Positions 11,651 to 25,190 of a DNA stretch of 64,000 bases are shown here, one piece after another. Both the position numbers and the translations under genes were made by a program. Position 1 is the first letter of the stretch; each line of letters begins with the position of its first letter. The notes beneath the pieces were generated by a model. The model was given only the letters and a program-made list of their open reading frames with translations. It did no database searches and was not told the origin of the DNA. Source of the stretch: Squalus acanthias (Eukaryota); NCBI GenBank assembly GCA_030390025.1, contig CM059432.1:52206001-52270000 (forward strand), given 5' to 3'.

Positions 11651-12106
11651 CACCTTAACCGCTGAGGAAATGAGACAAATAGTCCAATCGGGTAACACTC
11701 AGGTTTGTTTGCTTAACTGTAAAATACTGTTTCTGATTCTACTATTACTTGCTGAGAATCCAAAGTTGAGTAGAAGCCTGCAGAACTACAAGAACATTCT
11801 GTTCTTTATTCTTCCTCCCTTTCTTGAGATATCACATTGATACTGTGTAGCTGGGCATGTAATACACCAGAGAGAAAGATAATTGCTGTGTGAATTGGTG
11901 ATATGGCGATGTCGATTATTGCTCTATAACGCTTGAGTAATTTTGATAATGACTTGATACGTTTCCTTCAAAAACTACAGCAACAATGTTGCCAGGTGCT
12001 GTATACATCTGCTAATTGTGTGAAATAGTGTAGTTGTGCTTTGCCACACCTAGCTGAAAAACAACCGTTTGTAAATTACTCACATACTATGTACTTCTTT
12101 CTGTAG

Positions 12107-12322
12107 GAGAAAAGAATTCCCCCTCCCGTGCCAAAGAAACCGCCAAAGGGTCAGGTACCCCTCAAACGTGAAAAATCGCTGGAAGCCACAGAGAAACAAA
12201 GGCAGGAGGCACGGAAGCGCTTGATGGCTGCCAAGCGAGCTGCATCTGTGAGACAGAACTCCGCCACAGAGAGTGCGGACAGCATTGAGATCTATATCCC
12301 AGAGGCCCAGACCAGACTATAA
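12107..12322 (+). CDS. DLGAP1: DLGAP1 terminal coding exon
   Basis: Acceptor TACTTCTTTCTGTAG| at 12106. Reads EKRIPPPVPKKPPKG...RQEARKRLMAAKRAASVRQNSATESADSIEIYIPEAQTRL*, in phase with the exon ending at 119 (intron 120-12106). C-terminal QTRL is the Shank PDZ ligand of SAPAP proteins. Confidence 0.95.
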   Translation, partial: EKRIPPPVPKKPPKGQVPLKREKSLEATEKQRQEARKRLMAAKRAASVRQNSATESADSIEIYIPEAQTRL

Positions 12323-13790
12323 GCCACACTGGAGAGTAACTGTGATAACTTTACAATCACAGAGCTGGTTGTTTGTAACATATTCATGTTACAGCTTCAT
12401 TAGAGATATGACAAAGTGTTCATATCACTTTAACCCCCATCGGAACATTAAAAATCAGGACAATTATGAGCAGGTGTGGCATTCTTAATAAACCCAGGAA
12501 AAAGATTGTAAACTGTACTAGCATATTCTACCATTAATGTTTAGCTACATAAAATACTTGCTAACTGCCATGTCATTTGCATGGCTTCACACTAATTCTT
12601 GCTGTTGCATTTTTGTAACTCCTATCCAGTATTCTGGCTCCATTGACTCATCCACATATGTAGCTAAGTTTCAAGTACTGACAATAGTTTAAATAAATGA
12701 AGAAAAAACATTGAAATTCATGTGTGCACAGCAATAGAAACAACAGAACTTTAATACTGCTGAAAGGTCTTTTGGGACATTAATGTCTTCCTAATTATAG
12801 ATGTTAGTATTTAGGACCAAGATTATTTATTTCAGAGTAGATGGAGTGCATAACTCTTAACACCTCACACTTTTGTAACTGGGTTTTGACAGCAGTGAAT
12901 CATAAATGTGCTAACAGCACTATGTATAAAAGGCAAGAAACATTGTCTTGTTCTTTGAAGTTCACAACCTTCAGAGGTAACATGCATTCACAAGCACAGG
13001 GGTTAATGGCAATGCATTAAACAAAAACTAAAATTGTGGATGGCAGATTTTAAAGGTGTCCCATGGATCGTCCATCTGCTAAAGTAGTTAGTTACAAAGG
13101 TCAGTGATGGCTTGGAAAGAGAATGCCCTTGCAATGAGTAAAATGTGATAGTTGCAGGCAACTCTAGATAAATTGAGTAAAGGAAAGGCATGTGTTAAAT
13201 GGGCTTCTTAATCTTTGTGTTCCCTACTTCCATGTAAATTCAGGAGTAGCACTGGAGTGCTTCTTACTCCACCTTTTAATTGACAATAGTTTGGGAAGAG
13301 CATATCGAAAGGGGGAAAATTATGAGATAAGTCTTTGTAAATGAGCCATTTGGGTGATGCAGTGAATATATATATTTTTGAACGGTATTGCCAATCATGG
13401 TTATGCTGCTTATTTACAGAGGAGAGGGTCTGCTTCTGAAATTCACCAGACAAGGGCTAGTGATTCTTTGCCGTACCTTGAGGACAAACTGGTCTTATCC
13501 TATCAGGTGTCTGATTTTTTTAACTGCGTCTTTTATCAATTTCCCTTTGATCCACAATACCCAATACTCTTATTCACTGTTACAGTTTGTATATGCTTTT
13601 GATTGAAATGTGTTCAATGATGTACCTGCTAGAGTAAAATTACCAGTTACACGTAATGTATCTTTGTCAGTGTGCTAAGCTCTTTCATTTTCTGTTATAT
13701 TATTACACGTTAAAGAACTTGAAGATCTGGGCTAGTAATGCATTTTCCTACATGCATTAATCTGTGCCTATAATATATAGCTGATATGAA

Positions 13791-13796
13791 AATAAA
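13791..13796 (+). promoter_or_regulatory. Candidate DLGAP1 polyadenylation signal
   Basis: AATAAA at the end of ~1.5 kb of repeat-free AT-rich sequence, followed by a GU/U-rich tract (TATGTGTTTTTGTC) and then an L2 fragment. Other AATAAA hexamers occur at ~12487 and ~12692. Confidence 0.45.
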
Positions 13797-13884
13797 TTCC
13801 TTTCAAAAAAAGCAAATATGTGTTTTTGTCTAGGCAGAAATGTTCTCCTCAGTTCCCCTGTCCTCTCCCCCCTCCTCTCCATGC

Positions 13885-14500
13885 CCATTTAAGGAGTGTC
13901 TTAAAGGAGAAAAGAGAGGTAGAGAGGTTTAGGGAGAGAATTCCAGAGCTTAAGGCCTTAACAACTCCAATGGTGGAGCGATTAAAATCAGGGATGCTCA
14001 AGAGGCCAGAATTGGAAGAGTGCAAATAACTCGGAGGGTTGTAGGGCTGGAGGAGATTAAAGAGATAGGGAGGGATGAGGTCAGGGAAGGATTTGGTCGG
14101 AAACTCATCTCGGGATCAAATATGACACCAAGATTGCGAACAGTCTGATTCAGCCTCAGATAGTTGCCAGGGAGAGAGATGGAGTCGGTGGCTAGTGAAC
14201 TGAGTTTGTGGCGGAGACCGAAGAAAATGGCTTCGGTCTTGCTAATATTTAGTTGGAGGAAATTTCTGCTCATCCAGTACTGGATGTCGGAAAAGCAGAG
14301 TGACAAATTAGAGTCAGTGGAAGGGTCGAGAGAGGTGGTGCTGAGGTAGAGCTGGGTGTCGCCAGTGTACATGTGGAAACTGATGCTGTGTTTTCGGATG
14401 ATATCACCAAGGGGCAGCAGATAGATGAGAAATAGGAGGGGGCCAAGGATAGATCCTTCAGGGACACCAGAGGTAACGGTGCGGGAGCGAAGAGAAGCCA
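13885..14500 (-). mobile_element. L2 LINE RT fragment
   Basis: [65 protein letters not shown]. Confidence 0.85.
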
Positions 14501-15873
14501 TTACAGGTAATTCTCATTGCAGGTATTATTGGGTAAAAGAACCATGTTAAATGTACTTTGTACTACATCACTATTTAAGCACCTGGAAACATTCATTTGA
14601 AATTTCAAGTCTGTGGTCATAAGTGGTGAACCTTTACTGTGAATTTGGAGGACAACAAACCTGAACAATTTGTTAGAAAATGGTACTTTCCGTATCTCTG
14701 TTCCATTGGTGGCATTTCCTTGTTCTCTGCACTTGTGGCCTAGATAATTGGCGTTAGCCTCTCTCACACCTTTGTATCCACCTGGGTTGAAAGGGGTAAT
14801 ATGTGGATGTCACCCTGCACTTCTTTTTAATACAAATAATGAAGCTGTAGAACTGTTCTACCAGAATATATAGAATGCTTGTGAAAGTCAGTAACTGTGA
14901 ATAATGTTACTTCCCACAGCATATGAAAAGAAAAAATTAATTGTCTGTGCGACCAAGATTAAAACCTGGCAGCAACTGGCTGTTGATCAAAAATAAAGAA
15001 AAAATGGTTCCAATAAAACTCCTTATCCAAGTAACCCGTCAGTGGTCAGATTTCAATATGAATGTTGTAATATTATGCTAGAGTATTCTATATTGTTTAT
15101 TTGAAAGTTGTTAACTTTTTGTTACCCCATTTGTATTTATTGTTTAAATGTAAATGAAATTCTTAACATATCGATGACAAAAGAGATTTCTCTGTAAACT
15201 GCAGTTCACACTAACAGTAGGACGGGATACTGAATAGAAAGCAAATTACTAGAGAAACCTGAAATGGATTCCCACTCTAATTTCAAAATAGTTGGCATTG
15301 ATAAAGTTTAATTATTCAAAAATAGTTTTCTGTAAATAACTGAATGTTTCCCATTATGTAAAAAAAATGAAATTACTCAATTAAAATGATGTACACTTAC
15401 ACGTCTGAGCTATCTGCTTGAAATCCTTTTTCATTCTCATTCTGTTTGAAATCCTTTTTCATTCTAATCTTCTGCCCTGTTCTGAAGGCGCAGACTCCTG
15501 CTGGGGTACTACTACAGGCACTGACAGCCCTTCAGATCCTCTGCTAAGTGACCATTCTTCATGCACAGCCCTAGACAGTGATTATCAGCAGGCTATTTAA
15601 CCAGGAATGGCAAGACAACCAAGCCCCCTCCTGACATCCACACACATACTTTCCAGCAGGCGTCAAAGGAAAGCAATCAGAAGGGAGTACCCGTACTGAT
15701 TTTCCCCTTCCTTTGCTAAAAAGTGCTAATGTAAACTGCAGCACTGTTGACCCTGGCCCATAGGAGTTAAGTTAATGCACTTCAATCCCTTGCTCAAACC
15801 TGGTCTGTTTGTCTTGGTACTGAACCAGGCAGGACATTCACCCAGTAAGGTATGAGGAGGAAGGGGTGCTGAT

Positions 15874-16045
15874 CAATGTTCCCTCTAAATTGTCTTTGTT
15901 ATGCGCGGCCTGTTTATTTCAATGTGCAGTCTCTTTAAATTTGCGCATGCATGGTATTTCAAATGAAAAATCATGTGAGCGGCCTGCGCGGTACCTTGTA
16001 GATTACTGCGCGGTCACGCACGCATGCAGCTTAGAGGGAACACTG
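15874..16045. mobile_element. hAT-type MITE
   Basis: TIRs CAATGTTCCCTCTAA / TTAGAGGGAACACTG; perfect 8-bp TSD GTGCTGAT (15866-15873 and 16046-16053). Confidence 0.88.
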
Positions 16046-16499
16046 GTGCTGATATGTAATTTATTCACTCTACCCCCTCCCCAAATCCTCACCTGAGGTG
16101 GTGGCCCCTTCCTGTGAATGGTTTCATTAGTGGCAGGCACCTTTGGTATCTCACTGAATTGAGGATTATTCATGGATGAGCCTTGACAATGAATGTCAGC
16201 ATGCTACCCAACCAAGGAGGGGAGCATTACAACTGAGCCTGATCTTATATTCATTCAATGTCCACACATGCACACTTCAGCAGGGAGGGTTCCTGGCTAC
16301 TTCTCCCCTTCCTAATTCAGGGACACTAAGGCTAATTTTTGCATCTTTGTTCAGATCAGCAGACTTAGACTTAGGGCCTATGAATGTTTTAAAGTTTAAA
16401 ATTGTACACCCTTCTTCAAAATGCTGCCCTCTTCCTGCAAGCATTATTGTGCAAAGTCCAGAAATTGGTACATTTTATACTAATAGATTATAAAATGCA

Positions 16500-17023
16500 T
16501 ACATATTTAAGGAACGATATACTTGCATTGGAGGCAGTGCAGAGAAGGTTCACTAGGTTGATTCCTGGGATGAAGGGGTTGGTGTATGACGAAAGGTTGA
16601 GCCTATACTCATTGGAGTTTAGAAGAATGAGAGGTGATCTTATTGAAACATAAGATTCTGAGGGGGATTGACAGGGTGGATGCTGAGAGGATGTTTCCCC
16701 TAGTGGGGGTATCTAGAACTAGGGGGCATAGTTTCAGAATAAGGGGTCACCCATTTAAGACAGATGAGGAGGAATTTCTTCTCTCAGAGGGTCGTGAATC
16801 TTTGGAATTCTCTACCCCAGAGAGCTGTGAAGGTGGAGTCATTGAATACCTTCAAGGTGGAGATTGACAGACATTTGAACTACAAGGGAGTCAAGGGGTA
16901 TGGGGAGAGAGCGGGAAAGTGGTGTTGAGGCCAAGATTGGATCAGCCATGATCTTATTGAATGGCGGAGCAGGCTCGAGGGGCCGATTGGCCTACTCCAG
17001 CTCCTGTTTCTTATGTTCTTATG
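16500..17023 (+). mobile_element. CR1 3' fragment
   Basis: DILALEAVQRRFTRLIPG..SLEFRRMRGDLIET; ends TTTCTTATGTTCTTATG. Confidence 0.9.
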
Positions 17024-17069
17024 TAATACTGGTGCATTCTCATATATTTTAGAACTTTTTTGTCTCTAC

Positions 17070-17925
17070 TTTGTCACACTGCTTGTCCGACATCCAGTAC
17101 TGGATGAGCAGAAATTAACTCCAACTAAATATTGGGAAGACCGAAGCTATTTTCTTCGGTCCCCGCCATGAACTTCGTTCCCTAGCCACCGACTCCATCC
17201 CTCTCCCTGGCAACTGTGAGGCTGAATCAGACCGTTCGCAACCTTAGTGTCCTATTTGACACTGAGAGGAGCTTCTGACCACATCCGCGCCATCATCAAG
17301 ACCACCTACTTCACCTCCATTACATCACCCGACTCCGCCCGTGCCACAGTTCATCCGCTGCTGAAACCCTCATTCATGCCTTTGTTACCTCTAGACTTGA
17401 CTATTCCAACACTCTCCTGGCCGGCCTCCCATCTTCCACCACCTTAAACTTGAGCTCATCCAAAACTCTGCTGCCCGTATCCTAACTCGCACCAAGTCCA
17501 ATTCACCCATCACCCCTGTGCTCGCTGACCTACATTGGCTCAAGGTCCCGCATCGCCTCCATTTTAAAATTCTCATCCTTGTTTTCAAATTCCTCAATGG
17601 CCTCGTCCCTCCCTATCTCCAACCTCCTCCAGCCCTACAACCCTCCAAGATCTCTGCGTTCCTCCAATTCTGTCCTCTTGCACATCCCCAATTTTAATTG
17701 GCAGCCGTGCCTTCTGTTGCCCAGACCCTAAGCTCTGGAATTCCCTCCCTAAACCTCTCTGCTTCTCTATCTCTCTCCTTTAAGACATTCCTTAAAACCT
17801 AGCTTCTGGTCATCTGTCCTAATTTCTCTTTATGTGGCTTGGTGTCAAATTTTGTTTGATAACGCTTCTGTGAAGCGCCATGGGACGTTTTATTAAGTTA
17901 AAGACGCTATATAAATGCAAGTTGC
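17070..17925 (+). mobile_element. L2 LINE 3' fragment
   Basis: Inverse of the 13885-14500 family; ends GCTATATAAATGCAAGTTG (L2-type tail). Confidence 0.8.
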
Positions 17926-18184
17926 CTTTATGTTTCAAAGTTGGTATGGTTTTAATCTAAAGTAATGGATGGAAAATCAAGGGTTGGGTGCAAAGTTTTC
18001 CTATATCCACCCCCAGTGTGCGCCAAATATTGAAGCAAACAATTCCAGCCAGTATCTTAGTATTTGTTGCTTTTAAAACTTAAAATTTAAAATAGATCTT
18101 CAAATGGCAACGATGCAACGGATCCTAGTCCACCATTGCAAGATTTTCAAAAAAATCTAACTCTAAAAGAAATATCTGTGCGTA

Positions 18185-18312
18185 CTTCACCCCACGAAGG
18201 AGTAGTAAGCTCCGAAAGCGTGTGATTTCAAATAAAACTGTTGGACTATAACCTGGTGTTGTGCGACCTCTCAATTTTGTCCACCCCAGTCCAACACCGG
18301 CATCTCCGCATC
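18185..18312 (+). mobile_element. Terminal fragment of a second Penelope-like family, degenerate hammerhead
   Basis: CCCACGA-A-GGAG-TAGTAAG-CTCC-GAAAGC followed by AATAAA, then TGTTGGACT...AGTCCAACA and GGTGTTG/CAACACC inverted segments. Confidence 0.45.
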
Positions 18313-19787
18313 ATTTTAAGTGATCCATTGCCCTTTGTATTAAACAAATGCTCCTGGAGCAGGGACTACAACTGGGGTGGGGCAGAGTGTCCAGAAGTTG
18401 CGAGACAGTGGAGAGAAACAGCGGACAGGGAGCAGGAGAAAGTGCATTCCACCACACTACTGAATACAGAATTAAGGACAGGCAAATGTCTTCTCTCCCC
18501 CCTCTCAAGGGGGTAAATCAGCTGTTGCAGTGAGAGCTGATTTATCAGGCCTAAGGGGAAATAAATGTCCAGATTTGCACACAGTGTGTACACCTCCTTA
18601 CGTCGGTTCAGGGACTTTCCGGCTCTGTGTAGATCAACTACTGACTGGATAAACTTAGCAAACTGCCTGGGGAGCATTGCTTAAACTTCCCTGAAACAAA
18701 CTATGTAGAATAATTATTGTGCGTGCTAGGTGGAATGTTCTAAGCCATTACTTTCGATCACAACGCTTCATAAATCAGCCCATCGGAGTTGAAACATCCC
18801 ATGCATGAGGTTCCCAGAGGTGAATTACTTGCCAGCGATGGCAAGTTAAAAAGCAAACCAGCCTTGGCTTTCGAGTAAGCGCTGCATTTGTCCCTCCGCT
18901 GTTTGACTGCTGCCTGTGACTCATTGTGCACTGTTCCAGCTCTTCCTTCCTCACTGGTAATCTATAGGCTAAAGGCATGTTTTATTTATTGTTACTATTC
19001 GTTTCACCTGATTGATCATTCCGTGGAACATTTGGCACGTGATTGATTTAGCAGGAAAAAAGACCAAGATTTAGGATCGTTTTATTTGTTTACAGAAGTT
19101 CCTACTTAGCAGTTGCTCTGCTTTCGCGGCACTTCGCAGCTCGACCCGTCCCCACTCCAGCGGAGGCCCAACTCAGCTTTTCACTTTTGCAGCGTTCCGT
19201 CGGAAACTGTGAACTCCAGCGGAGGGCCACTGGGGGAAAGGACAATCTCCAGCCCACCGAAAGGTTGGCTCATGAAGGGAGGAGGCTCATTTGTATTTTG
19301 CAATCCTCAACAACAGCGAGAGGTGCGCTTGCTGTCGGCAGCACACTGTCAGTGTCAGAGTGACATTATTGCTGTCTAATCACAGCAAACCTGCAAAACC
19401 ACAATCCCCTTTGTTAATATTTAGTTGCCTTTTGTGATGTTAAAAGCTGAGACGAGTCTCAATGGCCGTGTGTTTCACCCATCCCAATAAAGTATCACTT
19501 TACACTCAGTGGAATTCAGAGAATGTGTCACAAAACACCGCACACACTTGTTTCTTTGCATTTTAAGATTTTCTTGACTACAGTTGCTAGAGGCATTTTA
19601 TTTCAATTGCGGCCAAATTAGCAATTGGATGCAGTGGAATTCAAAACCAATCCAATTTACAGATGTCCAGTATTATCAAGCGGGAGGCAAATGCTTGTCG
19701 CTAATGCCAATTAAAAAAAACTGCACTGTGTCAGCAGGGGCTGGCACATTAACAGTGCTAAAAATGTATTCTGTTCCAGCCCGCCTG

Positions 19788-21470
19788 CCACACACACAGG
19801 CAAACACATACTCACACACACACACACACATACTCACACACACACACTTGTCACACACACAAACACATACACACTCACACCTGTCACACACATACTCACA
19901 CACACTTGTCACACACACACTCACACCTGTCACATACACACAAACACATACTCACACACACACAAACACATACTCACACACACCTGTCACACACACAAAC
20001 ACATACTCACACTTACACACCTGTCACACACACATACTCACACACACTCACACCTGTCACATACACACAAACACATACTCACACACACACACCTGTCACA
20101 CACACAAACACATACTCACACACCTGTCACACACACGCACATACTCACACACACTCACACCTGTCACACACACAAACACATACTCACACACACACAAACA
20201 CATACTCACACACACCTGTCACACACACAAACACATACTCACACACACTCACCTGTCACATACACACAAACACATACTCACACACAAACACATACTCACA
20301 CACACCTGTCACACACACAAACACATACTCACACACACTCACCTGTCACACACACAAACACATACTCACACACAAACACATACACACACATACCTGTCAC
20401 ACACACAAACACATACACACACCTGTCACACACACAGACAAACACATTCTCACATACACGCACATACTCACACACACTCACACCTGTCACACACACAGAC
20501 AAACACATTCTCACACACACGCACATACACACACTCACACCTGTCACACACACAGACAAACATACTCACACACACTCACATACACACACACTCACACCTG
20601 TCACATACACACAAACACATACTCACACACACACAAACACATACTCACACACACCTGTCACACACACAAACACATACTCACACTTACACACCTGTCACAC
20701 ACACATACTCACACACACTCACACCTGTCACATACACACAAACACATACTCACACACACACACCTGTCACACACACAAACACATACTCACACACCTGTCA
20801 CACACACGCACATACACACACTCACACCTGTCACACACACAAACACATACTCACACACACACAAACACATACTCACACACACCTGTCACACACACAAACA
20901 CATACTCACACACACTCACCTGTCACATACACACAAACACATACTCACACACAAACACATACTCACACACACCTGTCACACACACAAACACATACTCACA
21001 CACACTCACCTGTCACACACACACAAACACATACTCACACACAAACACATACACACACACACCTGTCACACACACAAACACATACACACACCTGTCACAC
21101 ACACAGACAAACACATTCTCACACACACGCACATACTCACACACACTCACACCTGTCACACACACAGACAAACACATTCTCACACACACGCACATACACA
21201 CACTCACACCTGTCACACACACAGACAAACATACTCACACACACTCACATACACACACACTCACACCTGTCACATACACACAAACACATACTCACACACA
21301 TACCTGTCACACACACAAACACATACACACACACAAATACATACTCACACACACCTGTCACACACACAGACAAACACATACTCACACACACTCACATCAG
21401 TCACACACACTCACAAACACACACTCACACACACCAGTCACACACACTTACAAACACATACACACACCAG
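19788..21470. repeat. Compound (CA)n-derived minisatellite with recurring CCTGTCAC and CATACTCAC units
   Basis: Almost G-free + strand; about 34 CCTGTCA copies counted; rare variants recur at 669-671 bp offsets. Confidence 0.95.
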
Positions 21471-23135
21471 TCGCAGTCTGGAGGTCTGGCGCCAAGTGGT
21501 CCTGGCGGAACTCCAACTGAGCTTTGTTGAGCAGGTTATTGGTGAGTAAGTGCCGCTTGATTGCACTGTCAACCACACCTTCCATCACTTTGCTGATGAT
21601 TGAGAGTAGACTGATGGGGCGGTAATTGGTTGGATTGGATTTGTCCTGCTTTTTGTGAACAGGACATACCTGGGCAATTTTCCACATTGTCGGATAGATG
21701 CTAGTGTTGTAGCTGTACTGGAACAGCTTGGCTAGAGGTGTGGCTAGTTCTGGAGCACAAGTCTTCAGCACAACAGCTGGATGTTGTCGGGACCCATAGC
21801 CTTTGCTGTATCCAGTGCGCTCAGCCGTTTCTTGATATCACGTGGAGTGAATCGAATTGGCTGAAGACTGGCTTCTGTGATGGTGGGGACTGCAGGAGGA
21901 GGCCGAGGTGGATCATCCACTCGGCACTTCTGGCTAAAGAAGGTTGCAAACGCTTCAGCCTTGTCTTTTGCATTCGCGTGCTGGGCTCCGCCATCATTGA
22001 GGATGGGGATATTCATGGAGCCTCCTCCTCCCGTTAGTTGTTTAATGGTCCACCACCATTCACAACTGGATGTGGCAGGACAGCAGAGCTTTGATCTGAT
22101 CTGTTGATTGTGGGATCGCTTAGCTCTGTCTATAGCATGCTGCTTCCGATGTTTAGCATGCATGTAATCCTGTGTTGCAGCTTCCCCAGGTTGGCACCTC
22201 ATTTTTAGGTACACCTGGTGCTGCTCCTGGCATGCTCTTCTACACTCCTTATTGAATGAGGGTTGGTCCCCTGGCTTGGTGGTAATGGTAGAGTGAGGGA
22301 TATGCTGGGCCTTGAGGTTACAGATTGTGGTGGAATACAATTCTTCTGCTGACGGCCCACAGCGTCTCATGATGCCCAGTTTTAAGCTGCTAGATCTGTT
22401 CTGAATCTATCCCATTTAGCACGGTGGTAGTGCCACACAACACGATGGAGGGTGTCCTCAGTGTGAAGACGGGACTTCATCTCCACAATGACTGTGCGGT
22501 GGTCACTGCTACCAATACTGTCATGGACAGATGCATCTGCAACAGGTAGATTGGTGAGGACAAGGTCAAGTGGGTTATTCCCTCATTTTGGTTCTCTCAC
22601 CACCTGCCGCAGGCCCAGACTGGTAGCTATGTCCTTCACGACTCGGCCAGCTCAGTCAGTAGTGGTGCTACCGAGCCACTCTTGGTGCTAAATGTTGAAA
22701 TCCCCCACCCAGAGTACATTCTGTGCCTTTGCTACCCTCAGTGCTTCTTCCAAGTGGTGTTCAACATGGAGTAGTACTGATTCATCAGCTGAGGGAGGGC
22801 GGTATGTGTTAATCAGCAGGAGGTTTCCTTGGCCGTGCTTGACCTGAAGCCATGAGACTTCATGGGGTCCGGAGTCAATATTGAGGACTCCCAGAACCAC
22901 TCCCTCCTGACTGTATACCACTGTGCCGCCACCTCTGGTGGATCTGTCCTGCCGGTGGGACAGGACATAACCAGGGATGGTGATGGAGGAGTCTGGGAAA
23001 TTGCACGGGAAAGTGCCACATGGACTGCAGCGGTTCAATAAGGCAGATCACCACCACCTTCTCAAGGACAATTAGGAATGGGCAATAAATGCTGGCCTTG
23101 CCAGCAACACCCACATCCCAGGAACAAATAAAATA
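21470..23135 (-). mobile_element. Family-B LINE internal fragment (APE-linker-RT start) joined to an inverted 3' tail
   Basis: HRQDRSTRGGG..TYRPPS..WVGDFN and KSNPTNYRPISLLSIISKVME; homologous to 2200-3300 and 7550-8170. 23010-23135 is the family 3' tail on +. Confidence 0.85.
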
Positions 23136-23139
23136 AAAG

Positions 23140-25190
23140 GAGCCGTGGGATGGGGAGTGGGTGTTGGGGGTGATAGAGGAGTGGACCAGGGTGTCATGGA
23201 GGGAATGGTCCCCTCGGAATGCTGAAATGGGAGGGGAGGGAAGATATTTTTGGTGGTGGTATCACGCTGGAGGTGGCGGAAATGGTGGAGGATAATTTGT
23301 TGAATGTGGAAGTTGAGGAAAAGGGGAACCCTATTGTGGTTCTGGGAAGGGGGAAAAGGGTGAGAGCAGAAGTGCGGAAAATGGAATGGACACAGTCAAG
23401 GGCCCTGTCAACCACAGTGGAGGGGAATTCTTGGTTGAGGAAAAAAGAAGACCTATCGAATGCACTGGTATGGAAGGTGGTATCATCAGAACAGATGCGA
23501 TGGAGTTGGAGAAACTGGGAGAATGGAATAGAGTCCTTACAGGAAGCGGGGTGGCAAGAACATAAGAAATAAGAAATAAGAGCAGGAGTAGGCCATACGG
23601 CCCCTCGAGCCTGCTCCACCATTCAGTAAGATCATGGCTGATCATCGACCTCAACTCCACTTTCCCACCCGATCTCCATATCCCTTGATTCCCCTAGAGT
23701 CCAAAAATCTATCTATCTCAGCCTTGGATATACTCAAAGACTCAGCATTCACAGCCCTCTGGGGTAGAGAATTCCAAAGATTCACAACCCTCTGAGTGAA
23801 GAAATTTCTCCTCATCTCGGTCTTAAATGGCCTACCCCTTATCCTGAGACTATGCCCCCTAGTTCTACACACTCCAGCCAGGGGAAACAACCTCTCAGCA
23901 TCTACCCTGTCAATCCCCTTCAGAATTTTGTATGTTTCAATGAGATCACCTCTCATTCTTATAAACTCCAGAGAGTATAGGCCTATTCTACACAATCTCT
24001 CATCATAGGACAGCCCTCTCATCCCAGGAATCATTCTAGTGAACCTTCGTTGCACCACTTCCAAGGCAAGTATATCCTTCCTTAGATAAGGAGACCAAAA
24101 CTGTGCACGATACTCCAGATGTGGTCTCACCAAGGCCCTGTACAATTGTAGCAAGACTTCCTTACTCTTACACTCCAACCCCCTTACAATAAAGGCCAAG
24201 ATGCCACTTGCCTTCCTTATTGCTCAATGTGAGAACAAGTTCAGCCAGGCGGAGGAGGGTGGTGGTGAATGGGGACTAGTTGGGCCTCTGTTTAAGGAAG
24301 AAGCGGAGCGCCCTCAGACCATCCTGGTGAAGGATGGAGGTGTAGAGGAATTGGATGTCCATGGTGAAAAGGAGATGGTCAGGGCAAGGAAACTGGAAAC
24401 TGTTAAAGTGGCGGAGGGTGTCGGAAGAGTCGTCGGTGTAGGTAGGAAGAAACTGGACAAGGGGAGAAAAAATAGTGGCGAGATAGGAAGAAATCAGTTC
24501 CATGGGGCAAGAACAGGCTGAAACGATGGGTCTACCGGGGCAGTCATGTTTGTAGATCTTGGGAAGGAAGTAGAAGCGGGCTGTGCAGGGTTGGGGGACT
24601 ATGAGGTTGGAGGCCGTGGAGGGAAGATCTCCAAAGGAGATGAGGTCTGTGACAGTTTTGGAAATGATGGTTTGATGTTCGGTGGTGGGGTCATGTTCCA
24701 GGGGGAGGTAGGAGGAGGTGTCAGAGAGTTGGTGTTCAGCCTCCACAAGATAGAGGTCAGTTCGCCAAACAACAGTGGCACCCTTGTCAGCAGGTTTAAT
24801 GACAAGGTTAGGATTGGATCTGAGAGAATGGAGTGCTGCATGTTCAGAGGGTGATAGGTTAGAGTGAATGAGGGGAGCAGAGAAATTGAGACGGCTGATG
24901 TCATGGCAGCATTTCCCAACGAAAAGATCGGGAGAGGGTAAGAGGCCAGAGGGAGGGGTCCAGGTGGAGTGAGATATCTGAAGAAGGGAGAAAAGGTCAG
25001 CTATGTGGGGGAAAGACTCTTGGCCAAAGAAGTGGGCATGGAAGCGAAGGCAATGGAAGAAGAGCTCAGCGTTGTGCCACGCTCGAAATTCATTGAGGTG
25101 GGGCGTAAGGGGATGAAGCTGAGGCCTTTGCTGAGGGCTGATTGTTCGGGGTCAGAGAGGGGAAGGTCAGAGGGGATAGTGAAAAATAGT
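23140..25190 (-). mobile_element. Penelope-like element fragment (RT), interrupted by CR1
   Basis: YLPLEHDPT..ARFYFLPKIYKHDCPGRPIVSACSCP..FTMDIQFLYTSI (24276-24746) and SCHPASCKDSIPFSQFLQLHRICSDD. Confidence 0.85.
23557..24221 (-). mobile_element. CR1 3' fragment
   Basis: Open 182-aa ORF2 C-terminus (LYRALVRPHLEY..RGDLIETYKIL) plus AAGAACATAAGAA tail. Confidence 0.92.

Noticed and set aside
15410..15475. Short tandem duplications (also ~10163-10207 and ~56472-56511)
   Set aside because: Ordinary 20-30-bp slippage duplications with no further structure.
19584..21549. 648-aa and 547-aa His/Thr-rich ORFs
   Set aside because: Translations of the CA-rich array, open only because the repeat lacks stop codons; no splice or domain evidence.
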